64,000 nucleotides of DNA, taken from contig QPMI01000164.1 of the NCBI GenBank assembly GCA_004431415.1, forward strand, positions 62,001-126,000. Reading direction: 5' to 3'. Below the pieces are notes generated by a model, which was given only the letters and a program-made list of their open reading frames with translations, ran no database searches and had not been told where the DNA came from. Positions 12,801 to 25,505 of this stretch are shown here, piece by piece (positions within the stretch are counted from its first letter, which is position 1; each line of letters begins with the position of its first letter). The translations under genes and the position numbers were made by a program. Source of the stretch: Cyanophora paradoxa CCMP329 (Eukaryota; Plantae; Glaucophyta).

Positions 12801-14684
12801 GACAATTGCAAGGGACAGACGCGGGCGTAAGGTTTGGCCTTCTCGGGCTGATCAGCTTCGAGGTAGAAGTGGGCAAGGAATGCGAGGGCGGAGCTGACGC
12901 GCAAGTGCGTCGGGCCCAGGCGCCGCTCGGTCTCCGACATGAGCCGCTGCGGGGTGCATTGGAGATGTGGACACGGACACAGAGCTGATCACGAGGCACC
13001 TTTGCAGCGTCCTCGGCGGCGGGGAGGTCGCCCAAGACAGCCAAGCAAAACGACATGCGCGTCATGACGTGCTCGAGATCGCCGCGCTCGAGACACTTGT
13101 CGCACACGCGCTCCGCGATCGGCACGGCCATCTGCAGGGCGCAAGCGGATTTAGAGCTTGTCGGGCCTGTGCCCATGAGGCAGGGTCCGGGGCGGGGCCG
13201 AAGCCGACACCTGCTGGAGGTCGAGGACGTGCTGGAGGCGTTCGGCGGAGTGGCGCTCGGACAACTTCATGAGACATGGGACGACGGGGATCTTGCAGCA
13301 GCGCCGCGCGATCCGGCCATCGAAGCCAGCTTCCCGCTCGTGTGCAACGGCGGACTGCGCGCGCGGGGTCGATAATGTTATATATCTATATAAGTATACG
13401 TAAATGCGTATATATACGTAGTTGGAAATTTATTTGATTATTATTAGAGTTGCGCAGGTATATATGCTGCATATGGACACGCCTTGAAGTAGGCCTCGGC
13501 GCTCTCGGCGTCTCCCATTTTCTGCAGGCAGACGCCCAGCATGTACTCCGTCGCAGTCGTCGCCTCGTGCAGCGGTCCCAGGCGCTCCCGCCGGAACGAG
13601 AGCGCCCACTGCGCGCAAAGCGTGAGCTTCAGGCGAGGCCGGGGCCGGGGCCGGGGCCGGTCGCACACGCAGGGCCCGCTTTGTGCGAGTGGAGTCGAAG
13701 TCGCTCCTGTCGACGTACATCTCGCTGAGTGCTTCGGCGTGGTCTCCGAGGGCGCCAGGTTCGGTCGCCGCCCGCAGCCTCGCGTCACCAGCGTAGATTT
13801 CCAGCGCCGACTGTGTATGCACATGCGGAGCGTCCGACTCGTGATCAGAATATAAATGGCGACCGGCTGCAGGCGCGGCGGGGAGGCCTATAGCTAGGCA
13901 CCTCGTACAGTGCGACAGACATATGCATATCCCACTTGGAAATCTCCCGGAGAAGACGGGCGAGGTGGATCGTGCAGGCGGCACTGATGGCATGCGTCGG
14001 CCCGAGGATCGGCACAAGCACCTGCAAAACTTGCTGTGCCGCAGTGCGGGCAGTCGACGCGGAATATTGTTTAGAGCTCTATTGGGGTTCAAATCGAGTC
14101 GAATTTGAATCTGACCTGGATATCCTCGACGTACTGTTTTCTCTCTGCGGATGTCGCTCTCTCGATCGCGGGAGGAAGGTCCATGCGCTGGAGGGCGAAG
14201 ACGAGCTTCTCGCAGTCGCCGCACACGCTGGAGCTATTGCACATGCAGAGGTACCGATGGCCTTCGTATGATGGTATCGACTGCGCATGCAGCGTACGCA
14301 TGGCCGCCCTTGGAAAACGGATGAAGGCCGCAACGACATCGACCTGCTCTCCGCATGCAACACACACACAGAAATTCGAAAATTAAAATGCAAGCTGTAC
14401 ATGTTCTCTTTCGCATCAAGCGGCCGCGGGCGGGCGCGCACCGAGCTCGAGGCCGACTCGGTTGCTGCAGATTCTCCACCGGTGAGAGCTACGCATGCGT
14501 GTGCAGCTGCAGATTTAGATCTAGCGAGCTCGGCGGCTTCAAGAATGCGTGCCCTTAAATCGGGCGGGGCTCGCAAGACATTCGAAGCCAGCTTGTCACG
14601 ATTGCGAATGTCATCCGCTGTGAATTCGAATACGTATGCAGCTGAATCGACGGGCTTCGCGCTGCTGCTGCTGGCGTCCAACAT
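9807..14684 (-). CDS. TPR / coiled-coil / 2xCCCH / RING-H2 protein, array copy 2
   Basis: YLCMCNSSSVCGDC; RLGPLHEATTATEYMLGVCLQKMGDAESAEAYFK; two CCCH fingers PCRFFAKGACREGAQCR|YRH and PCRLFAKGACRVGARCR|YRH; RING CVICLEPL...ACR|HRSEFHGACIEAW...CPLC; ends RHLFRLSEPTH*. Confidence 0.78.
11773..11859. repeat. ~42-bp direct tandem duplication inside an intron of array copy 2
   Basis: (ATTTAAAAA[A]CTAGAGGCTGTCAGATCTAGATCTAGAGTTAG) x2. Confidence 0.9.
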
Positions 14685-15259
14685 TCGAATTCGCACTGAA
14701 TTTGATTCGGCCGCGGCCTCCTTGCGATTCCCTCTCGGATAGCGTTTCCTGCGCCGCCCATCAACCAGCGCCAGTGCCCGCCGTCATTCCGCGCGCACGC
14801 GCGTCGGCTCTGAAATTTCGACTCTCACCTCAAACTTCTCCGGCCGGCCCGGCCCGGCTCGCCGATATCAATTTCGCGAGCTCGAGATTGCGTCCGCTGC
14901 TTGCAAGCGCGCCTCCTGGCCCGCGATCGCGAGTTGCAACGCAATTGCAAGCGCCTCCGAAAATTAGGATCGAGGGAGGCGCGAAGTTAAACGGCTGCGC
15001 CGCGAAAATTTGAGGAGGAAGGCGCGGCGTGCATATGAGAGGGGGAATTCAAAGGCCATGGGCTGGGAATTCGAATTTTACGAGGGGGAATTTCGGAAGC
15101 TCGAGGGGAAATCAAATGTATAGGTCTGCGTGGGGGAGCGACCGGAATCGCGGAAATGTTTTAAAGACGGAATGTCATTCGACGGTTCCAATTTTTGCAG
15201 ACGATCGCGAGTGGCCCACTGGCCGGTGCGAGTGGGGCAGAAGTGGGCTAGAGCCATAG

Positions 15260-18200
15260 CTAGTGGGTCGGCTCGCTCAGGCGAAGGAGATGCCGGGGGG
15301 CTGGTAGGGCCGCGTGGGCCGCCGCGGCGCCTGCGGTGGGGCGGGCGAGGACGAGGAGAGGGAGGCGGGGCCGCCTGCCGCCCCGGGGGCCGGCTGCAGC
15401 GCCGGGGTCGAGCTCGAGCTTGAGGCGCCGGAGAGGCCCTCCGCTGCCGGACCCGCAGCGCGCTCGGCCCGCGCCGGCGCCGGCGTCGGGGAGCTCGAGG
15501 CAGCGCCCGCGACGGCGGCGGCCGCGGCCGCGGAAGAGGACGGCCCCGCGAAGGGGGCGCCGCACAGGGGGCACCCGGCGGCATGCTTCTCCGCCCGCCA
15601 CGTCGCGATGCACCTCCCGTGGAACTCGAAGCGATCTGCGAGGGGCGTCGGGCGGCGGCGAGGGGCGCGGGGAAGGATGGGGCGCACGGCGGCAGGGGAG
15701 GGCGGCGGGGGGCGGGCCGGCGGAGAGGGGCTCAAAGCATATGGCGCACTCGGCCTCCTCGCGATCGGGGGCCGCCGCGGGCCGGTACCTGCCAAGCAGG
15801 GTGAGATGTTAAAGAAAGGCAAATTGAAATTGGGCAAGCAGCGATCCGATCTCGCGCACGCGCACCGGCAGACGCCCTTCCCCTGCGGCATCTGGCTCCA
15901 CTGCAGCCCCGGATCCTCGCGCCGTCGCTGCCCCGCGGCCAGCCGGCGCTCCTGCTCCCGCCGGCGCGCCTCTCGCTGCTCCTCCAGCCGGCGCTGCTCG
16001 TTAGCGCGCGCCGCCTCCTCCCGCCAGCGCGCCTCCTCGCGCTGCCGCTCGGCCTCGGCCGCCTGGCGCCGCTCCTCCTGCAGACGCTCCTCCTCCCGCC
16101 GCTGCTCCTCCTCGAGCTCCCGCCGGCGCGCCTCCGTGCGCTCCTGCTCCTCCCGCTGCTGCCGCTCGCGCTCGCGCTGCTCGTCCTGAGCCCGCCGCCG
16201 CGCCTCCTCCTCCGCCCGCCGCTTCGCCTCCTCGCGCCGCCGCTGCTCCGCCGCGACGTGGCTCCGCAGGGCCTCCACCCTGCAGCTGCCGCCGCTCTTT
16301 CAGCCTGCTAAGCCCGGCCCGCTAACGCATTTGACAGGGCGGCCGGCGCGCACCGGCGGAGGGAGTCAGCGTTTACGCCCGTCTCGACAGCAACGAGACG
16401 GCGTTCCACCTTGTCAGCCTCCTGCGCGGCCGCCTCGAGCTGGCCCGCCCCCGCCAGGCACTCTGCTACACCGTCAGCAATAATTGACGTCGACAAGCCA
16501 GAAAAGGGGGCGAGGAGCGCACGGATGCGGAGCAGGCGAGCCTCGAAGTCGTCTGGCGAGCGCTGCGTATAAAGAATCAATCTTGGGAAGTTCTTATAAT
16601 TATTCTTACAATAAAATTAAACCAATTAAAGAAACTAGCGGCTGTCAGAGACGGCCGGAAGGCGGCGCTCTAGATCTAGATCGATATATAAATATATCAA
16701 ATCTAGATCTAGATCTTGTAGTGGCGGAGCCGATCGCGAGAACCTTGAGCAGGGCGTCGAGGACCTTCCGGGCGGGGGCCCACTGCGAGCCCTCCACATG
16801 CATTCGAGCCGCCTCCTGCCGAACGGCTCAGTGCATGCCAGAGCGCGGCTGGCACACGGGCATAAAAGCGCGCACGAGGTCGGCGGCGTCGCGGGCGGCG
16901 CGCTCGGCGCGCTCGGCCTCCCGCCGCGCCCGCCCGCGCTCCTCCTCCGCCCGCCGCCGCTCCTCCCGCTCCCGCTTGCGCTCCTTCAGCTTGCGACAGG
17001 TGCTGGCGACGCGGGTGTTAATTTTGCTGCGCGACTCGTGCGCACATGCGCAAAGTCGGCTGCAGCAGTCGGGCTCTCGAGCTCACCTGCATCCGCATTC
17101 GCAGCAGACGTACTGCTCCGGATATCGGTCCTCTTCAACGTGCGTCTGCTCCTCCGGATCCAGCTCTCCCCTGTGCCTCGGGCTTCGCTCCTCCGACTCG
17201 TTCGAGGTCTGCATGCCAGCCTCGAGCTCGTGCTCGCGGAGAGCGCGAATCTGTCGGGCGGTGAGCTGCCGGGGTCATAGCTCAATAGGCAGGAAGGATC
17301 CGGAACAACCACGTCCGGGATCGGAACGCTGGGCGGCGGCTTCTTGTTCGCGCGCGTCCACTCCAGAACGGCCTGTGATCGATAGGCCCCCTCAATTGCG
17401 ATCTCGCGTGGATATTGGGCAGATAGCCGCGGCACGCGCCTTGAAAAAGGCTTTGGCAGGTTCGGCGTGCGGGGCCTTCCGGAAGGCAGTCCAGAGCGTC
17501 GAGAGATAACATCCGAGCTTTGGGCAGGCGGGATCCAGTTGCAAGGCCGCCTCGAGAATCTCCCACGCGCGCTGCGAAAAATCGAATGACATCGATGAGA
17601 TCTAGATCTCGAAACGCCGTCCTGCGAGGCATAGGGCAGGGGACAAACGCGGGCGGAAGGCTCGGCGAGGCCGGGTGCGTTGGAATCGAGGTGGAGGCGG
17701 GCGAAAAGGGCGAGGGCGGAGCCGACGCGCAAGTGCGTCGGGCCCAGCCGCCGCTCGGTCTCCGACACGAGTCGCTGTGCATGCGAGGTGCGTCGGCGAT
17801 CGAGAGACGGAGGCGGATCTTTACGTATTTATACAATTGGCCGTCTAGAGACGGCGGGCGCACCTCAGCGGCGGCGACGGCGGCCGAATAGTCGCCCTGG
17901 GAGATGCACACGAAAGCGATGCCGATCACGACGGTCTCGACATCGCCACGCTCGAAGCAGTCGACGCACACCCGCTCCGCAATCGGTAAGGCCATCTGCA
18001 GGGTGGCGGAAATTAAATATGAATCTAAATTGAAGCGCGCGGAATTCGAAGAAGTCAAGGTATATATATACATATATATAGCTGCAGGTATATATGTATA
18101 GGCACCTGACTGATGTGAAGAGCGCGCTGAAGGCGGCCGGCTTTCGTGTGGCGGTTGGAGAGGATGTTGAGTTTCGGGACGACGGGCAGCTCGTAGCAGC

Positions 18201-19598
18201 GCCCGCCGATCCGCCCCTCGCATCCGGCCTCCCGCTCGTGCGTCAAGGCGGCCTGCAGGGATCCCGGAGTTGACGTCGGCGAATCAAGGTCTAGCTATAT
18301 ATAGGCCGAGGGCTAGTGTTGCATTTGCATACGCATATGCAGGCACGGCTGGGCGCACCATGAAGTAAGCCTCAGCACCGTCGAAGTCTTCGAGATTGTG
18401 CAGGCAGATGCCCAGCCTGCACTCCACCTCAATCGTCAACTCGTGCAGGGGCCCCGGGCTCTCCCGCCGGAACGAGAGCGCCCTCTGCGGACGACGTACG
18501 CGTAGGTTAAAACGTCAAGCAGGAGATGGCGCCGGCGCTATTTAATTTCGGCGCGCGGAAGCGAAAAAGGGGATGTCGACGTCGACGCACGAGGAGAGCC
18601 CGCTTTTCGTTGATGAAGTCTGCTTTTTGACGATACAGCGCGGCGAGGGCCCCAGCATGCTCCCCAAGGGCGCCGGGCTCGGTCGCCGCCCGCAGCCGCG
18701 CGTCACCCTCGTACAGCCAAAGCGCCAGCTGCACATGCACATGCGCACGCATGCGGCGCGCCGTCGATGTCGGCGCGAGACATGAACAGAGACGGGGCCG
18801 CGGGGGGGCCGGGTGTGGCGGGCCGGGGAGGCACCTCGTAGTTCACCATAGCCGCATCGCAGTCGTCGAGCTCGAAGTAAAGGCGGGCAAGGTGGACCGT
18901 ACAGGCGGCGCTGATGGCATGCGTCTGTCCGAGGGTCTGCAAAAACTTGTCCACGAGATACTGCACGAGAATGTTGGCGAGGCAACGAGAGGGAGTGCTA
19001 AGGCTGGACCCGCGGCCGCGGCCCACCTTGATGTCTGCGGTGTACTGGCGGAGCTCCGCTTGGCAAGATGTGATCGGGGAAGGAAGATCGCGCTGGAGGG
19101 CAAAGACGAGCTCCTTGCACCCGGCGCAAACAGCGGAGCTCGAGCACCTGCAGAAGAAACCTTCCCGAACGTGCATGTGGTGAATTTTCGCACACAAAAC
19201 GAGATCCCGCTGATGCCCATCGAGTAAGCCATGGAGCAACGGTGGAACTTCAATGAAGACCGCTCTAGATCTGTCCGAGGCCGAGAACTCGAGCTTTGAC
19301 TGCAGCCACGTATACGTAGGCAGCTGTGGATTAAAATATTCATCCCCGGCCGCGGCCTGCGCGAGTGCGTACGAAGCCTGATTTTGAGTTCGGGGCGCGT
19401 ATATGCATTCAACGGTCTTCGAATAGGAAATTCATCTCGCACCGCTTTCCCAGCAAAGTTAGCTTCAGAGAACGCTCTACAAAGTTTCTCCGCTGCTGCG
19501 GCACCGGCTGCGTTGCGGCTGAATTCGGGCACATTTGCTTCCTCGTTGAATTCGGGCCCTCTGTCCCGCACGAAAACATGGAACACCGCCTCCGACAT
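15260..19598 (-). CDS. TPR / coiled-coil / RING-H2 protein, array copy 3 (closest to copy 1)
   Basis: MSEAVFHVFVRDRGPEFNEEANVPEF...; near-identical to copy 1 over most exons and introns; CCCH remnant GKGVCR|YR; RING-H2; ends RHLLRLSEPTH*. Confidence 0.75.
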
Positions 19599-20167
19599 TC
19601 GAGTTTAATTCTCGAACCGCGGAGGCCTTGCTTCCTGCGCCCGCACATTCTCCAGCGTAAGATCTAGATCTCCACCTCGCATGCGCACCTCGAAGTTCGC
19701 CGAGCTCGCACCTCGAGCTCGAAGACTCTTGAACGCGCCTCTAGATCTTGAGGGACGAGCGCGGCAACGTTAACGTTGACGTAACCCGAATCTAATTGCG
19801 CCGCGCTGCGCAAATGTCAGAGAAGGGAGGCGTGCATCAGATCTAGAGCTCGAGAGTCTTATAATAAATTAGAAATTCAGATCTAGTGCCTCATGATCAG
19901 TCTGGGAATTTTAGAGGGGGAATTTCGGAAGGAATTTAAATGAAGATCCAAAGCTCGAGGGGAAACGTATACGTAGGCCTGGGGGAGCGACCGGAATCGC
20001 GAAAGGCCAGAGCGCGCGCGCGGCTCGCCGGCGCCGTCGATTGAGCGCGCGCGGGGCTCGCTGGGGGAGCGACCGGAATCGGAGCGAAGAATTCAACGGT
20101 TCCAATTTTTGCAAACGAGGGGCCCACTGGCCGGTGCGGGTGAGGTAGAAGTGGGTTAGAACCATAG

Positions 20168-23100
20168 CTAGTGGGTAGGCTCGCTCAGGCGAAAGAGATG
20201 CCGGGGGGCTGGTAGGGCCGCGTGGGCCGCCGGGCGGCCTGCGGCGGGGCGGCCGCGGGCGGGGCGGAGGAAGGGAAGGCGGGGCCGCCTGCCGTCCCGG
20301 GGGCCGGCTGCAGCGCCGGGGTCGGCTGCAGCGCCGGCGGAGAGCTCGCGCTCGAGCTCGAGGCGCCGGAGGAGCCCTCCGCGGGGCTCGCCGGACCCAC
20401 CGCGCGCTCGGCCCGCGCCGGCGCCGGCGTCGAGGGGGCGGCCCCCGCGGCGGCCCCTGCCGCGGGAGAGGATGGTCCGGCGAAGGGGGCGCCGCACAGG
20501 GGGCAGCCGTCGGCGAGCGGGCCCGCCCGCCACGCCTCGATGCACGCGCCGTGGAACTCGCCGCGGTCTGCGAGGGGCGTCGGGCGGCGGCGCGGGGCGC
20601 GGGGAAGGCCGGGGCGCACGGCGGCAGGCGAGGGCGGCGGGGGGCGGGCCGGCGGCGAGGGGCTCGAGGCAGATGGCGCACTCCGCTGCGGGGGACGCCT
20701 CGGGGCCGTCGGCCGCCTCGTGCCGGTACCTGCGGCCCCGATCGCGAGTGAGATGAAAAGCGATCGCAAGCTCAAGAGGCGAGCCCGTCGCACCGGCAGC
20801 GCGCGCCGGCTCGGCAGGCGCCCTTCGCGAACAATCGGCACGGAGCGGCTTGTCGAAGATGCCGCCCCGAGCCGGCCGCAGCCGCAGCTGCCTCCGCCGC
20901 CTCGGCCTGTGCCGCCTGCCGCAGCTGCTCTTCGCGCCGGCGCTGCTCGAGCCGCTGCGCCTGCTCCCGCCGGCGCGCCTCCTTGCGCGCCTGCTCCTCC
21001 CGCCACAGCTGCTGCCGCCGCTGCAGCTCCGCCTGCCGCTCCCGCTCGCGCCGCTCCTCCTGCGCCCGCCGCCGCGCCTCCTCCTCCGCCCGCCGCTTCG
21101 CCTCCTCGCGCCGCCGCTGCTCCGCCGCGACGTAGCGCCGCAGCTCCTCCACCCTAGCCAGGCTTCCGGGCCTCAAGCGCGTCACGAAGCGCAAGCTAGA
21201 AACTTTGAGGAGCAGGCAGAATGCACCGGCCAGGGTAGTCGGGTTCACCGCCCGAGCCAGCGGCAGTGTCAGCGAGCTCGCGCTCCGCCGCCTCGGCCTC
21301 CTGGAAAGCCGCCTCCAGCTGGCCCGCCCCCGCCATGCACTCTGCCGGCGCCGCGGCGTTATGATCAGCGAGGACCGACAAGCCAGGAAATTTCAAAGTG
21401 GGCGAGGGGCGCACGGATTCGGAGCAGACGAGCCCCAAAGTCGTCGGGCGACCGCTGCGTTTTAACAATTGATTCTTGGTAAGTTCTTATTCTTGCATAA
21501 AATAAATTTAAGAAACGAGAGGCCGTCAGAGACAACCGGAGGGCGGCGCTCTAGATCGATATCTAGATCTTGCAGTGGCGGAGCGGAGAACCTTGAGGAG
21601 GGCGTCGAGGAGCGGGCGGGCGAGGGCCCACTGCGAGCCTTCCACGTGCTTCCGAGCCGCCTCCTGCCGTACGGCTCAGTGCATGCCAGAGCGCGGCTGG
21701 CACACGGGCATAAAAGTGCACACGCGGTCGGCGGCGTCGCGGGCGGCGCGCTCGGCGCGCTCGGCCTCCCGCCGCGCTCGCTCACGCTCCTCTTCCGCCC
21801 GCCGCTGCTCCTCGCGCTCCCGCTTGCGCTCCTCCAGCTTGCTGGCGAGGCGCGTATTAAGTGTTGCCGAGCCAGCAAACTGAAGGAAGGCCCGCTGCAT
21901 GCGCAGATGATGTGGGCCCCCAATCTCGAGCTCACCTGCAGCGGGCGCGCCTGGCCGCTTCCCGCGCCCGCTTGCGCTCCTCCGCCAGCTCGGCCTTCTG
22001 CTCCTCCGCCAGCCGCCGTCGCTCCGCGGCCTCGTCCAGAACCCGGGGGCTCCGGGGGGGAGGCGGGCGGCTCGATGGGGCAGTTGGCGGGGTTGCCGGG
22101 GGAGGCGGGGGGCCCGAGGGGGTAGGGGCGGCGGCGGAGTCTGCAGCTGCAGCTGGGCATGGGGGCGCCCGGGGGTTCCGGGGCGGCGGCGGGGGAGGCG
22201 GGGGGCCCGAGGGGGCAGGGGGGGTGGCGGGGCGTGGAGCTGGAGGCGCCCGGGGGGGAGGCGGGGGGCCCGCGGGGGCAGGAGGCTGCTCACTCTCCGC
22301 CCGCTTCGAATTCAGGTCCGCCCGCGTCGGCTCGAGCTCCTCCTTCCGCCCCGGATCCTCCGCCCCGCTCGAGGGACGGGACTCGAGCTCGCGGAGGGCG
22401 CGAATCTGCCGGGCGGGGACGATCATGATGCATATGAGTGATATCGATATATACAGCTGCGGTCGGTGACTAGCGATATTAATAGTAATTGAAGGCAAAA
22501 AGTGCCCACCACTGCCGCGATCGGCACGCCCTGCGGCGGCTGCCTGTTCACGCGCGTCCACTCCAAAACGGCCTGCGAGTTGCCCTCATGACGCATGCAG
22601 CTGCAGGGCACAAACGCATATGCCGACGCGCCTTGAAAAATGATTTGGCGGCCGCGCGGTCGACGTGCACGGCCTCCGATTTCCCGAAGACAGTCCAAAG
22701 TATAGGAAGAAAGAAATCCCCCAGCTCCGGATCCGGGATGGGGGGGCCCGACTGCAAGGCCGTCTCGAGAATATCCCACGCGCGCTGCAAGCACAGGGCA
22801 TAAACCCATGAGAATTGCGCGGGCGCAGCGAGGTACAATGTGCATACGCGAAGGTAAGGTTTGGCCTTCTCGAGCTGACCAGCGTCGAGGTAGAAGTGGG
22901 CGAGGAATGCGAGGGCGGAGATCATGCGCAAGTGCGTCGGGCCCAGGCTCCGCTCGGTCTCCGACACGAGCCGCTGCGGGGTGCGTCGGAAATATGGACA
23001 AGAATACAGAGCCGAGGCACCTTTGCAGCGTCCTCGGCGGCGGGGAGGTCGCCCATGACAGCCAAGCGAAACGTGATGCCCGTCATGACGCGCTCGAGGT

Positions 23101-25326
23101 CGCCGAGCTCGAGGCACTCTTTGCACACGTGCTCCACAATCGCCGCGGCCATCTGCACAGCAGTTCGAATTCCGAAATGAGTTCGAATTCGAACTCGCCC
23201 GCGGCCATCTGCAGAGCGGCCACTATAGCTATAGCTAGTACTAGTGCGCATGCCTAGTACCAGGGGATCCGGAGAGTTGGAGACACTAGTACTAGTGTGG
23301 TGCGCTTAGTTAATTATAAGCTTGAAATCAAAGGAATCACCCGGTGGAGGTCGAGGGCACGCTGGAGGCGCCCTGCGGCCGAGTGGCGCTCGGACAGCTC
23401 CATGAGAGAAGAGACGACGTGCAGCTCGCAGCAACGCCGCGCGATCCGCCCCTCGCATCCGGCTTCCCGCTCGTGCGCGAAGGCCGCCTGGGCAAGGGTG
23501 ACGACATCGACCGAGAATAGATATATATCATTAGTCTTGCATGCGCATCTAACGGGCGGGGTACCGCAGCACCTTGAAGTAGGCCTCGGCACCCTCGGAG
23601 TTTCCCATCGTCTGCAGGCAGACGCCCAGCCTGTACTCCGCCTCAGTCGTCGCCGCATGCAGCGATCCCAGGCGCTCCCGCCGAAACGAGAGCGCCCACT
23701 GCGCGCGCAGCGGCGTGTGCGTGAGCTCGAGAAAGGCGGGGCGAGGCATAGGCCGGCGCATGCATATGTATGCATATGGGAGCGGGGCGCACGAGGAAAG
23801 CTCGCTTGGCGGAGGGTAGGTCTCGGTTGATGCGCTTCTTCCGTTCCATGTGCATCCTTCCCAGATCCTGGGCGTGGTCCCCGAGGGCGCCGGGCTCGGT
23901 CGCCGCCCGCAGCCGCGCGTCACCCGCGTACAGCGCGAGCGCCGGCTGCGCATGCAAATGCACATGGGGCATCCTGCACGTGAGTGCGAGGCAGGGACAG
24001 GGCCGAACGTTGCGGGAAGGCACCTCGTAGGCAGCGATGGCAGCATCCCACTTGCCGTCGAAGCGTTTGAGGCGGGCGAGATGGATCGCGCAGGCGGCGC
24101 TCAGGGCGTGCTGCTGCCCGAGGTCCCGGACGAAAGAGTCCAGGCAACTCTGCACGTCGCGGTCGGCTATCGGCATGCGCAATTGGGAGGGAATTGAACC
24201 GGACCTGGATAAAGTCGGTGTGCGCATGGAGCATCTCTTCGGGACTCGTGACCGCAGGAAGCAGCCTGTAGCGCTGGAGGGCGAAGACGAGCTCCTTGCA
24301 CTCGCTGCAGACGGCGGCGCTCGTGCACGTGCACGAAACGTGGTCGCGAGGACGGCATCCGAGTGCGTCGTGGAGAACCTGGATGATAACCGCGCTAAAC
24401 GTCCATGGGCACTCACGATCGCGCTCGAGCTCGCGATCGGGCCGGACGCTGCTGGATCTGGATTCAGCTGCAGGCTGAACCGGCGCCGTCGCCGCCCCGA
24501 GTGCTTCGACGGCCTTGCGATCGGTGAGAAGCGCACTGGGCTCGATCGCGAGGGCCGCGGCCGGCTGATCAGGAACCAGCGCCGGCGCCTCGAGCTCATC
24601 GATATCACGTGCAGAATTCGAAACCTGCGCCTCGTATATACGTACGACCTGTAAGCTGGCACCGAGCACCTAGAACGTTAACCAACTGCATGTATATGCG
24701 AGGATTACGAGCAGTGGATCCGGAGGCCGATAGCGCGCATACGTATACAGAAGGCGCCGGCGGCGCGCATGAAATGCACGCGCAGCTGCAGGAAAACGCG
24801 GGAATCGAAGGAGCTGAAGCCAAAGCAGAGATCTACCTGGCTCGGTTCACGTTGAGCGATAGTAGGCCCCATATGCATGGCTCGTACTGTAGGTATGCCC
24901 CATGTCCATGGCCAGCGTGCGCCGGCCGGCTTGCGCATGCGTCTGACATTCACTAACGTGAGCGCTCGCCATCTTCGCGCACTCGCAACGCGAGGAATCG
25001 CACCTTCGAGCACAATCGATATCGCGCTCTTTCCGAGCCTTCCGCGTTCGCTGGCGCCGACTGGCGCCGGAGAGGGCGATCGCGCCTCCCGAATGCCGGA
25101 GCGCGCCTTCGATCGAGCGAGAGTGGATCGCTTTCGCTGCGAGCGAGATCTGATGGATTGCGCTGTACCCCACCGCCGTTGCAAAGTTGCCCATGCCAAT
25201 TGCAGATCGGATCGAGCTCGAGCTAACGCTCGAGCTCGCGATCTGAGCTAGGATATCGATCTCGAGCTGGCCGGCGCCCCAACAGTACTGTTGACGTCCA
25301 CGGTCGGACTGCAGCAGTCGGATCAT
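20168..25326 (-). CDS. TPR / Pro-rich insert / coiled-coil / 1xCCCH / RING-H2 protein, array copy 4 (start uncertain)
   Basis: HVSCTCTSAAVCSECKELVFALQR; RLGSLHAATTEAEYRLGVCLQTMGNSEGAEAYFK; PCRLFAKGACRAGARCR|YRH; CAICLEPL...HRGEFHGACIEAW...CPLC; ends RHLFRLSEPTH*. Confidence 0.7.
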
Positions 25327-25505
25327 CGGATGGCAAATACGCAAATACGTTTACGTGAAAATAACTTGCAATTGAAAGCGCAAGAGCCGACACTAATTAA
25401 ACGTAAGAGGGGAATTTTATTTCGTGTTAATTCAGAGGGGAATGGAAAACTTGAAGGCTTGAAAAGGGCACGATTTCCCCGGGGGACTGAATGAAGGCCC
25501 TAGCC

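Larger units (their letters stand above)
4900..24450. repeat. Higher-order tandem duplication, ~10.3 kb period (copies 1+2 vs copies 3+4)
   Basis: Intergenic 9360-9810 matches 19625-20170. Copy 1 resembles copy 3, and the RING/3' end of copy 2 resembles that of copy 4. Confidence 0.85.

Noticed and set aside
4900-25326. Autonomous transposon as the cause of the array
   Set aside because: No transposase, reverse transcriptase, helicase or terminal repeats recognised in the window.
2870-25400. Dense restriction-site-like hexamers suggesting a synthetic polylinker or vector
   Set aside because: They are dispersed through introns, exons and spacers and differ between paralogs by the X-X'-X rule; no vector features are present.
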